The position numbers were made by a program, and so were the translations under genes. A DNA stretch of 64,000 nt from Lepidodermella squamata (Eukaryota; Animalia; Gastrotricha): contig JBLDXI010000026.1 in NCBI GenBank assembly GCA_047495785.1, forward strand, positions 806,001-870,000, in the 5' to 3' direction. Shown here one piece after another: positions 13,701 through 24,096 of this stretch. Every line of letters begins with the position of its first letter. Positions within the stretch are counted from its first letter, which is position 1. The notes beneath the pieces are model-generated. The model was not told the DNA's origin, searched no databases, and saw only the letters and a program-made list of their open reading frames with translations.

Positions 13701-16700
13701 GAACAAAAAAAAACACAATCATTGGCCATATGCGATTTTGAAATTTTGAATGGTGTGCCTGGATTTTTTTTTGCTGGTATCTTCTCTTGCATGTCTTCTG
13801 AAACGATGAAAATCGAAGATGAGAAAATTTAACGAAAATATGGCTGTGTCTTTTTTTCATCTTGCCAAAATCTTTTCTCATCTAACCATAATTTTTCCTG
13901 AAAGTTGATAATTTTTGAAATTTTCGTTTAATTTGGAAAATATCTGTTTTCATCTAACCAGGAATTCGACCCTTCAATAACTCGACTAAAATTGGACTAA
14001 AATTCGTTTTTCTTTCGCTTTAACGTTGGAATTATTCCTTCCAAATGTCCCACAAAATACACAGACTGCGTCTTTCAGTCTGGTTAGATGAAAAACGATT
14101 AACATGAAGATATGATCATTTTTCGACCCTCCGCCAAGCTGCTTAGAATTCAGTCTAAAATTAGTGAATGATTTGAACCACAGAAACTACTTTTCCTTAT
14201 TCGAGAACTAAGCCAAGTGGGATGATTGCGGACGATTCGTTGCTACCTAAATCGAGATTCGATTAAAGATGCCTCGACTTGGTAAAAATTACATGACCAT
14301 TAAGGAGTGGGATTTGGGGTTTAGCAACAATTTTGGAATCGTTTGGTGTTTTTTTAGTTATTTTCAAGATCAGTGAACAAAGATTCGAATCATATTAAGA
14401 CCAGGCTAATAGCCACCAGGGTTGCTATAAAATGGGGCTTTAAAGTTTACCAGAAGAAAATACCAATTTTAGAAAAATATTTAATTTCCACTGCATCAAT
14501 TACCGAGGAGGGAAAAGGATAATTTTGGACAAAATCACGTATTTTCGAGGATTAAAAACCTGCCTTCTTTGAGAAGTGGATGATTTTTAGTACACGCCTT
14601 AGTAAAGTGATTGCCTATTTATTTATCTGTAAATTTTGGTAATTTTACCATTCTTGGATGAAGTTATTACCGTTTTTGTTCCTATAGCAGCCCGTGCTAC
14701 TAAAATTTCAACCTCGAAATTTTGGAAAATTCAGAAAATAATTTTTGGTGAATCGTTCATTTTTGATGTCTTCTAATCAACTTGACCCCTCAACCCTGGG
14801 CTACTATTAGGAATGGGCGATTATTGGTGAATGGGCTATACTATTGGAGCAAATACGGTAGTAGGATCTTTATCACTGGGATAATTTTTATTGAATTTCA
14901 ATGATTTTGAGGAATATTTGCTAAAGATGGCAATCGATTAGTAAGGCTTCAATGCTTCATCGGAAATTTCCATGTGCGGAAGTACCAAGGCACCATGAAA
15001 ATATTAAGGTGGATGCTTTATTTTGTATAGTCTTCTCTATTATTTATTTGGAACTTTATTTGGGTTCATTTCATTTCTTTTATTTCAAAATAACTTTTAG
15101 TAACGCGACAAGTCGATCGAACTCGGCTGGATTGCCTCCGAATCAATCAGCTGCTGTGCAGGACGACGACCGGCCGGCGGCGATGCGCACGGGCAGCTCG
15201 CGGTCGATGAGCCGCAACAAGAATGCGGCGATGAAATCGGCCGCAACTGACCCCGACTTGCCAAGCTGCGGCAACTCGACAACGCTGACTGGCCCGGCGC
15301 TGGGCAATAGTCGCATACTGTCTGTTCGGAAAGTTAGTTCAAGGCGAGCAGGCCGGCTTGATCGCCTAACTACTCGGGCGACGATTTCCAAGGAGCGCAA
15401 AGCTACAACAATGCTTGTAAGTTGGAATAATGAAAATATTTATTATTTCCTCTGCTTCAGTTCAATTTTTTAAAGGTCTTGATTATAGCGGAACTAAAAT
15501 TATCTGTTGTGGAGCAACATTTCACTAGAAGCAGGACATATATAAGATAATTATTTAGCCGCCTAAAACTGATTTTTTTGGAATTTTTTGGAATTTCACG
15601 ATTGACTCTACAAATTTCAAATAAAATACTTTCAAATTCTCCGTGAATTCCTTTCCTTTCCTTTCCTTTCCTTTCCTTTCCTTTCCTTTCCTTTCCTTTC
15701 CTTTCCTTTCCTTTCCTTTCCTTTCCTTTCCTTTCCTTTCCTTATACTTCTTATACCAAAAAATGGGCTAAGTGATTTACGATTTTCATGTAAACTTTGA
15801 ACACCCACCTGATTTTATCTTAACTTTTGGCAATTTAAAACGCGCTGGCCCGACTTGGGACAAGTAATTTGCAAAGGCCTCGTGAGTTTCGAAATTCGTC
15901 CTTGATTTTGGTAAAATTTTCTAGAATTAGGATGTTCGAAAACATATTTTTGTCAAAATCGGTTATTGCTCCAATTTCCAATTATCTTGTTTTCAATGTC
16001 AAACGAATTATTTGCAAAAAATTCCTTATTTCAACACTCAAGTGGCAGATTTCCTTTTCCTTTCCTTTAATATTTCAGCTAAAAGTATTTATTTTGCTTA
16101 AATTTTCCAGGTGATCGTGCTCGTGTTATTTTTTGTATGCTGGTGCCCTTTCTTCACGTCGAACGTTATCAACGCAATCTGTGTTACATTCAGCACTGAA
16201 GCTACAATGAGCTGTTTCGTACCAGATGCATGGATCAAAGTCTTCGTATGGTTCGGTAAGCTTTATTCATTTCTACTAATACCTAAGAATCGATTTCGCA
16301 ACAAATTCCCGACGAAGTGTCCAATCATCAACCGAAGAATATTCGACGAAAAAAGATCCAGAAAATGAGAGGCGATGTCCTAATTAGGCCAGACAAAATG
16401 TCAGGGCAATGACAGTTGATCGTGAAATTTGTCAACATGAGTGAAAAATCCTAGTAAAGGGGGCTGAGCGGGTGAACCAGTTGTGATCAGGTTTTTCCGG
16501 AGTTTTATTCAGGAAATTTCAAATTTCCTCGCTAAAATCGCGGAAATGCTAAACCACGGTCCGGATAATATAATTTTAATTTTAATTGCCGGATGAAATG
16601 TTTTCCCCTCTTCCAGAAGAACCAATTTATGCGTAATGCGTAATTATCGTTAAAATTTGAGGGGATTCAGCCTAGCAAAATGTCTTACAGCGCAAGCCAA

Positions 16701-17131
16701 AAATACATCCCACTAATCCTATTCAAATGTGCTAAAACGTGACTTTAATTATTTTTGTTTTGATTTTCTTCGCCAATTTACAGGCTACGGCAACAGCACG
16801 ATGAATCCTGTCGTGGTAAGTTATAATCTCATACTTGGTTTTCAAATAGGTCAACTTGACCACTTTGAAGAGGTGTGGGAGGAAAAGACATTTTTAATAG
16901 ATCCGGCTTAGCAACCGACGTGATTTCCATTAATATTCTGTTGCGGCGTAATTTAGCCGGAAATCAAGTCCTTGAAGGGCAAATTCTCGATCAAAAAACA
17001 CAAAGATTTCGGACATATTTGAAATATTAGATTTCCTACAATTTTATTGTTGCCTTTTTTCACAGTACGCCGTTTTCAATCTTGAGTTTCGGCGAACGCT
17101 GCGTCGAATTATCTTCGGAAAAGATTCGTGA
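7757..17131 (+). CDS. Aminergic class A GPCR, D2-like dopamine receptor (about 625 aa; exons 7757-8170, 10656-10768, 11396-11520, 12791-13457, 15101-15416, 16111-16255, 16784-16815, 17066-17131)
   Basis: All eight exons splice in frame with GT-AG sites. Motifs: GNx[14 protein letters not shown]3 Asp ([10 protein letters not shown]), NRY at the DRY position, TM5 serines [10 protein letters not shown], long ICL3, [19 protein letters not shown] and a short C-tail (FNLEFRR). Confidence 0.88.
8700..9145. mobile_element. Non-autonomous DNA-transposon/MITE-like repeat; related copy at about 58860-59320
   Basis: AATATTTGCAC..CTAAAACTGAGGTTCCA..GGATTTTTTATTTTAGCTACATG..AAATCGATACTT is shared with 58860-59120. 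Imperfect inverted ends (CTCCGGCACTAAATT / AATTAAGTGCTGGAG). Confidence 0.6.
9881..9951. repeat. Dispersed repeat with an inverted copy at 12124-12193
   Basis: GGGCTATCGAATGCCGGTTTCCG...GATTTATGGCTAATTTTGTGGTCACC is nearly the reverse complement of 12124-12193. Confidence 0.8.
11273..11345 (+). tRNA. tRNA-Phe-GAA: tRNA-Phe (GAA), inside intron 2 of the D2-like receptor
   Basis: 73-nt eukaryotic tRNA-Phe sequence GCCGAGATAGCTCAGTTGGGAGAGCGTTAGACTGAAGATCTAAAGGTCCCTGGTTCGATCCCGGGTCTCGGCG with intact stems, A and B boxes, and a T8 terminator at 11351-11358. Confidence 0.97.
12124..12216. repeat. Inverted copy of the 9881-9951 repeat (intron 3)
   Basis: Reverse-complement similarity to 9881-9951 and to 9784-9798. 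Confidence 0.8.
14685..14820. repeat. Dispersed repeat; second copy at about 56090-56203
   Basis: Shared GGTGAATCGTTCAT...ACTTGACCCCTCAACCCTGGG.TACTATTA. Confidence 0.7.
15648..15743. repeat. (TTTCC)n microsatellite, about 19 units
   Basis: Perfect pentamer run in intron 5 of the D2-like gene. Confidence 0.98.
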
Positions 17132-17625
17132 TGAATCATACAAAAACCTGGATTCCAAGCTCCTCCTACTCGCTTCTTCTACGCTTGCAATATAAATAAA
17201 CTTCTTTGCTGATTAAAACATTCTTGTGCTTACAAAAATAGAATCATTTTCTTCTTGTTATATTATATTTTTTCTTGATCTCGCGAACTCGATGCGACAG
17301 TAATTTTATTCTTGTCTGTGTTTCTAACAAATTTTATCGAATAAAACGACAGATTTCGGTGATACATCGCAAAAATCCCGTTTGATTGCAAGTTTAAGAG
17401 GATTACTTCCGCACCCTTAAGCTACGCGAATGCGGTAGGGCTTCGGGCTAACCCGAAAAGTATAGCGCACTTTCAGTCCCGAATACTCATTAGCCTAAGT
17501 TTGCGTCACGCTTGATTAATTTTTAAACAAAACAGACAGGTCATTTAAATGTGACAGATTCACGTGTTTTTTTCGGTTACCGACATGAACATTTTACCCG
17601 ATTTTTTTAATTGAATTTAGAACAA

Positions 17626-19608
17626 ATGCCCGATATTGAATTCATTAAGTTTCACTACGCGCCGTTCACGAGCCAAAACTCGCCTGATAACGGCATGATC
17701 AGTTCCTCAGACCTCTTCACATTGCGAACTTCAATTTCACACAATACAACTGCTGGCAGCAATCGTCCACATAACCCATTAGAATTAACTATGATTCAAA
17801 TCGCGCTATTCATCGTACTCGGAATTTTCGGCTCTGTAACCGTAGCTGGCAATTGCCTTGTCGTTCTAGTAGTATCCTTCGACAGATCCTTGAAAACAGC
17901 AGCCAACTGCTTCCTCGCATCCCTCGCATTTGCCGATCTGATAGTCGGCGTTTTGATAATCCCACTCGAAGCTTACATCGAAATTTACGGCCGACCTTGG
18001 ATGCTGGACCGTGAGCTATGCTACGCCTGGCTTGTCATCGGGCAAATTGCGTCGATAGCCTCGATTTTAGGCTCTGCGGCAATAGCTTACATCAGATACC
18101 TTGCGGTTCGCAAGCCGTTTGAATTCTCAAATATCAACACGATGAATCGACCCTGGCTAGCAATCGGTCTGCCGATAAGCTGTGTTTGGATATTTTCGAT
18201 TGCGCTTTCCATTCCTATACTTTTGGGTGAGCTTCTAACATTTTATATTTCACTTAGGATTCCAAGCTTTCTAAAATTTGTTCTGAGCCCCAACGTTTCA
18301 GTAGGCAGGGAATCTTCATCGATCATCTTCTGAAGTTAATCCTCATTTCAGCCACACATTTTTCCACGGGCAGGAACTCCGCTTTTAGCAGGGATTACGC
18401 GGAGACATCACACACCGATGTGATTAGTATATGAATCATCACTTTCTTCTCTTCCGGGCTGCTTCAAGTTTTTAGGGCGCAAAAGTGCACGGGAATGGAA
18501 ATTCACATTTTTAAGCTGGATTTTTCCTTTTCGGATATTGCGCCAGACAGTCCCAAAATGCCAAAATCAGTGACCCGTTGACTTTTTATTTAAATGTACA
18601 AGTCAATAAATTAGAGCGACACATATTAATCCTTTGATCAAATTGTATGATTTTCCAGTGAATGACGTCAGCCAACCAGTTGGGACATGCCAGATTACGA
18701 ATCTGCCCTACTTGTTCTACTCTTCTGCGTTTTCCTTCTTCTTGCCCAGTGCATTCGTAATATATCTGTACGTGTCCATTTTGATGACGTTGCGAAAAGT
18801 CGCCAACCGAAAATCGATACGTCGCAGACATTCGTCGACGTTCAGAAAGCGTCGAAGCGAGCTGGATGAGGGCGAAAATTCAGCGTCCGTCATCTGCAAA
18901 ACCATGATAGCGGCTGGTTTGATCAACACCGGGAAAAATAACCTGAGCCGAACAGAATCAGACACTACAACGCAATCAACCAACTTTCATTTAAAGAATA
19001 ATGAGGCAGTTCGAACTGGCTCCTTCCAAAAACAGCTCATTTCCAAACCGAATAGAGCGACGACGAAAACTTATAGTAACTCAACGACAATGTCACAAAC
19101 ACTAGAAGATTCTGTGACAAAAAGCTTGTACTCATCCCGAAATAACTCTGAAATCGACATTGAGCTGATCGGGCAGGAGTTTGAATCTGCGACTTCGAAA
19201 CTGCGCCGATCTGTCACGATAACATCTGTTGTGAGAAGCAAGATAAAATCATCCTCAGCCATGCTGAAAGATCGAAAATCTTCGATAATCCTCATCACGA
19301 TTCTAATGTTGTACTTCATGTGCCGCTGCCCGTCGTTCTGTGCCCATCTTATAAATTGGATGTGCTTATACGTCGCATCAAGCGACGATTTGGCATCGTG
19401 CCAAGTTTCACAGGATGCATCACGGGCGTTTTCTTGGCTTGGATTTTGCAACAGCGCCTTAAATCCTATTTTGTACACGTTATTCAGCGCCGATTTGCGG
19501 CTCGCTTTCTGTCGTCTCTTTCCTTGCTGTCGTAGTCGAAGAGATGCTGCGCTTCAAAAGAGGAAATCAGCTCCGACCAGAAGCTACCATGATTATTCCA
19601 CTCATTAA
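17626..19608 (+). CDS. Divergent aminergic-family GPCR, paralog of the D2-like receptor (about 516 aa; exons 17626-18226, 18659-19608)
   Basis: 7TM with SLAFADLIVG, ASILGSAAIAYIRY, YLFYSSAFSFFLP and NPILY. Its single phase-1 intron matches intron 3 of the neighbouring gene. Confidence 0.88.
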
Positions 19609-19855
19609 TAGCTTTGAAATTTCTTCAGTTTCTGTTATTTCAAATAAAACATTTCTTTACTCATATTTTTTGTAAGTACGTGATACAGAGATTCGAGATC
19701 ATGTTTCAAGCCAATTTTCTACGTCAATCTGCAAGATGGCATTTTTGCGTTGCTGATTACCTGTGTCAACCAGGAGCTAGACGGGAAGCGAGACGGGCAG
19801 CGAGAACATTGCCCTTAAAATCTCGAAAGTGTGATCTAAACTCGTATTTTAAAGC

Positions 19856-22346
19856 ATGAAACTTTTAGCCCTAATATCTGCGTTCTGCGTCTTGTCAGAT
19901 GGTGCTAAGTTACCGCTGAATCTTCCGATGACTGAAACCGTAAGATTGCCGAAGGATCCGTCCAGAAACCTCACTGAGTTGACAATGACAAGCGTTCAAA
20001 TTTACAGTGGCTTTCTCGGCCTTGGACCCGTTTGTACTGAGGGCATCAAATTAGCTCTTCAACAAGCCAGAAATCTCTCGATCTTGGCTGATTACGATAT
20101 TTCAGTTGCGATGTTTGATGACGAGTGCGACTACGAGACGTCTGTTAGGCTTACGACTGGAGTGCTCAACAGCCTTGTTTCAAGCTCAACGGGGCGGCGG
20201 AATCAAAGAGCAGAAAATCTAACAAAGGCCCTGCCTTTGATGACCGGGCCCATGTGCGACGGAAATGCGTTCACAGCCGCGTATTTGCCGCGTTACAACT
20301 TTGTATCAATTTCGGAATTGAGTGACACGATGGCCCATTACACTAATCGAAAACTATTTAATTCTTTCTTCTCACTATTACCATCTCTAGAATCCGTCAT
20401 GGAAGCTGTACCGCATTTCATTAGCAGTCAGGGTTGGAGCAAGTTGTTCTTAATGACAGATGGAGCAGATTGGTGGTCGGAGGTAGAATTTTTAGCACTA
20501 GAAATAATTGATAAAATATGTTTGTATTTCAGTATGAGACAACTCTCCTCTTTCATCTCGCGCAGCAAAACATCAGTTTAATCGGCCGGACCAAGTTAAA
20601 AATGCCCGACCGACCGAATTTGCCCCTCCCAGAATACTACGCGGAAGTAGCCAGTGAAATTGCCAATAGCCAAGCGCGGATCATCCTAATGAACACTAAT
20701 TTCGGATCTTGCTTAGCTTGTGCATTGCATCGTAGAGGTGTTGTTGGCCCAGAATATGTATTTCTAATGTTCGGAGCGGCTTATTTTCCAGCAGATACAT
20801 GGTTTCGCCTTGATGATTGCACAGACCAAATGCTGCGTGAAATTCAGGCCAGTGTCATCTATTTTTATTACGGCGCACCTTATAGGCTGGATCCTGATTT
20901 GAAAGACGAGTTCGGAATTTCTGGAAGAGACTATGACGCATATCTTGCATCCAGTATTGATAATCCGGAATCTTTGGGATTGGCGTGGTACGCATTTCGC
21001 GGGGCTTGCTACACGCAACAAGTTACGGCGATGCTTGCTCTAGATCAAGTCGATAAAATTTTGAAGTCGACAGGGCAGTCGTTAAGTAATTGGACTACTG
21101 ACTCTCCGAATTTCCGCAATAATGGGGCTCTATTCTTATAGGCGTGTTGGAGAAAATTCGCTTCAAATCGATAGGCTCTGATCTAATTGGTCATGGCTTG
21201 AACTCTCGAGTTGGGAAAACAGGCTTTTTCCAAAATCAGTTGAAATGCAAAACATGCTCTGATTTCGCACCTGTGCCTATCGCCGTTTACGACAGCTCTT
21301 TGAAATCTGCCCAAAGTAAACTTAAGTTTGGTTTGAATCCGATAATATGGAGAACTTGGAACTCTCGAAGGCCCCCAGATTCATTGCAGATAATTTATGT
21401 CGCTGAGCCAATTATCAATTTCGAAACAGAGGCTGTGCTAAAGGTATTAGCCGGCCTACTCATAGCTGCCGAAATCAGCGTGACTATGTATTGGGTGAAG
21501 GCGAAGAAATCTGACTATCTGGGCTTCTCCATGACAGCTGGGCGATGCCTCATGTTAATAGGTGTATTACTCTTACCAGCTTCGGGATATTTTGCATCAA
21601 TATATTGCTCCGCATCGTCCGTGTTTCTGGTCGCTGGCTTTACCTGTCTTGCCTCTTCAATTTTGGCGAAATTACATGTAATATATTCATCCGCTATATG
21701 GAATCAGAAGGCATCTAAAGCAGCGGGCAACAAATCAACATCCAATCGTTTCTCGCGCATGAATATTTCGTCATCCCAGTCCGGGCGTGGACGATTAACC
21801 TCGCGAGTCAAGATTGATCCCAACAAATTGCAGAGGAAACAAAAGCTGGCTCTTCTGTATGTTTTTTTCTATGTAGCATCTCAAGCGTTGCTAGTTGGCG
21901 TCATGCTGGCTCTTTCACCACTTGAATTGAGTCCGTTCTACTCTCGGTTCGTGCAACCTAATTACGACCGCAGCTTGCTGTACCAGTTTTATGCGACCAG
22001 TTGTAAATTTTCGGGTTCAAATGATGCTCGTTTCGGCATACCAATAGCATTAATTTCAATTTATACCCTGCTATTTCTCCGTTCGGCATTCTATAGCTAC
22101 CGGCTGAAGAATTTTGATGAACAAGGCGATTTATCGATTCAGCCTCTGAGATTCCTTGGCTACGGAATAGGCCTTATCATTTACGCCAGCGCTGGAATAA
22201 CTTGGACTTTTTTCTCGTTAAACCCTGCACATATCACGATGGCCTCGGCGGCAACGTCTCTGGTCATCACGAGTATGGTTTTTCTGACTTTGCACTTGTT
22301 CCCGCTAGCAATTAGTGTGAAAACCCACCTTGCTTCAACCGACTAG
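19856..22346 (+). CDS. Class C GABA-B-like GPCR (Venus flytrap domain plus 7TM); exons 19856-20482, 20533-about 21085, about 21142-22346
   Basis: Signal peptide, ANF/VFT motifs (ILADYDI, DDECD, GPMC, GW, ARIIL, GPEYVF), PPD linker, seven hydrophobic helices. 50-nt intron at 20483-20532. A frame break at about 21141 is either a 56-nt intron or an indel. Confidence 0.8.
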
Positions 22347-23039
22347 TAAACAAGCGGATATAGGAGAATGAATAAGGATGGAGTCTATCGTATCGCCTGT
22401 AATTCATGATTCATTTAATGTAATGTAATCCGGAGATGGTTTATCAATCCCATCGTTAAACTCTGAGCCGCACTAAACGCAACTGTTTTCTGCTGAGAGA
22501 CCACGTAAGAAACGTTGTCCGTCGCGAAAACATGTCGTCACAAATATGTAAATTTACCACGGTTATTATTAGTTTCAGATTTTTGTTTTGCAATTTGAAA
22601 TTTATTCATACTTTGTTATTAGTAACGTTTTCGTAATAAAAATTATATGCCCCGACATTCTTGACGTAAAGTCTGCGCGCGCTCCGTGCTCACACGTGTT
22701 CTGAAGTTTGAGCAGGCTTGTTTTCTCCACCACGCTTTGAACATCACAACTCAAGTTTCGCAGTATTTTTATCTGAGCCTTATCATATTCTGCTGGGCTG
22801 GATGTTATCGATTGACTATTATACTCAGCCATGATTTTGGGCTATTCCTTGGGGACGTTCGCTTCTCTCAGTGAGTCTCCGTGTCCACTTACTGCTAAGA
22901 ATAGTAGATAGTAGTGACTGCATCTCTGAAGACCGCGAGAAACCATGCAATATCTTCAATTCAATACCTGAAAGCTATGTGGCAATCATTAATGGAAGGT
23001 AATACATATTATCATGTACTTTTTCTTCTTGATTTAAAC

Positions 23040-23106
23040 TCAAATGATGAAACACAGCTGCGACAATGAAAACTTATGATTAATAGTTGATTAGTCTTTC
23101 TGAATA
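23040..23106 (+). ncRNA. Box C/D snoRNA copy 1, 28S rRNA guide
   Basis: C box ATGATGA (23044-23050), D' ATGA, C' ATGATTA, guide TTGATTAGTCTTT, D box CTGA (23100-23103), 84 nt before the 3' splice site. The guide is complementary to the conserved LSU motif AAAGACUAAUCGA. Confidence 0.85.
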
Positions 23107-23318
23107 CACTTGTTTAGAACTAGTTTTCAGAGTTTAAGATTGCTTGATTTTTCATTCCCGTTTATGATGCTGACGTATAATTTCCAGGTTTGGATGCTGC
23201 CTCTCTGATCCACGAACACTTTCTCGAGTTGTTTATTTGTCCACGTCTTGCCGAGTAAGTTTTTACCCCTTCTAAGCGTCTGAATGATTGGCTGTATGCC
23301 GCTCTTGCTCCTACTGCT

Positions 23319-23384
23319 TTTGATGATGAAAACTGCTGCGACGATTATGATCTTAATGATTAGTATGATTAGTCTTTCTGATTT
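23319..23384 (+). ncRNA. Box C/D snoRNA copy 2
   Basis: C box ATGATGA (23323-23329), D' ATGA, C' ATGATTA, guide TGATTAGTCTTT, D box CTGA (23378-23381), 75 nt before the 3' splice site. Confidence 0.85.
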
Positions 23385-23626
23385 ACACCTTTGTTTCTCG
23401 ATATCCCACTATTGGCTCAGCATCGATCTCTGAATAATTGATTGCATTTATTTCAGATTTGGAATCTCTGCCAGGAAAACGCAGTCCTGAGATAAGCGCG
23501 AACTATACTTTGCGAATCTCATCTTCTGATTTGGAAGCTTATCGGCAGAAGATAACAGTCAATCAATCAAGGATGAAAATTGGATCTCTATGGTAAGATT
23601 TAATACTTAGCGCTCCCCTATGGTGA

Positions 23627-23689
23627 ATTTGTGATGAACTTCTGCGACGATTATGATTACTTTGATTAGCAGATTAGTCTTACTGATTG
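23627..23689 (+). ncRNA. Box C/D snoRNA copy 3
   Basis: C box GTGATGA (23631-23637), D' ATGA, C' TTGATTA, guide GATTAGTCTT, D box CTGA (23683-23686), 70 nt before the 3' splice site. Confidence 0.8.
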
Positions 23690-24096
23690 TGCTCTTAACT
23701 GAGCTACATATTGCTTTTAATAGAGCATTGCTGATTTTACTTTTTCCGTTCTCCAGATCTCCGCGGCTAAGCTGTTTACGAGAACCAAAAGCTAACTACG
23801 AAGTACGAATAATAAGTACAATAATAAGGCCAATATTATCGCGAAGTACGAAGTATGCTCTCAACACAATCTCTTCAAGTGAAATTGTCGTCATTGAAAA
23901 ACTTATCGAGCTTTCATTCAGTTTAATTTATTTATCGCTTATCCGCAATAAATCTTATGAATATGACGAGACCATATTTTTTGTTTCAAATCGGAGAACT
24001 GAGAACTCGTTTTTACGTAACATGTAATTTATTGGATGAAAACGAATTTTAGTCGAGGTTTGTTTTATCGGTTTCTTCAAGCTTTCTCTCCATTAT

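Larger units (their letters stand above)
22480..23955 (+). ncRNA. Spliced non-coding snoRNA host gene (introns about 22506-22578, 22999-23187, 23255-23456, 23593-23756)
   Basis: Canonical GT..CAG introns, three of which each hold one C/D snoRNA. Short exons with no coherent ORF. AATAAA at about 23948. Transcript ends are approximate. Confidence 0.65.

Noticed and set aside
23653-24027. 124-aa ORF with a hydrophobic N-terminus
   Set aside because: It starts inside snoRNA copy 3 and reads through an intron; no recognisable motif.
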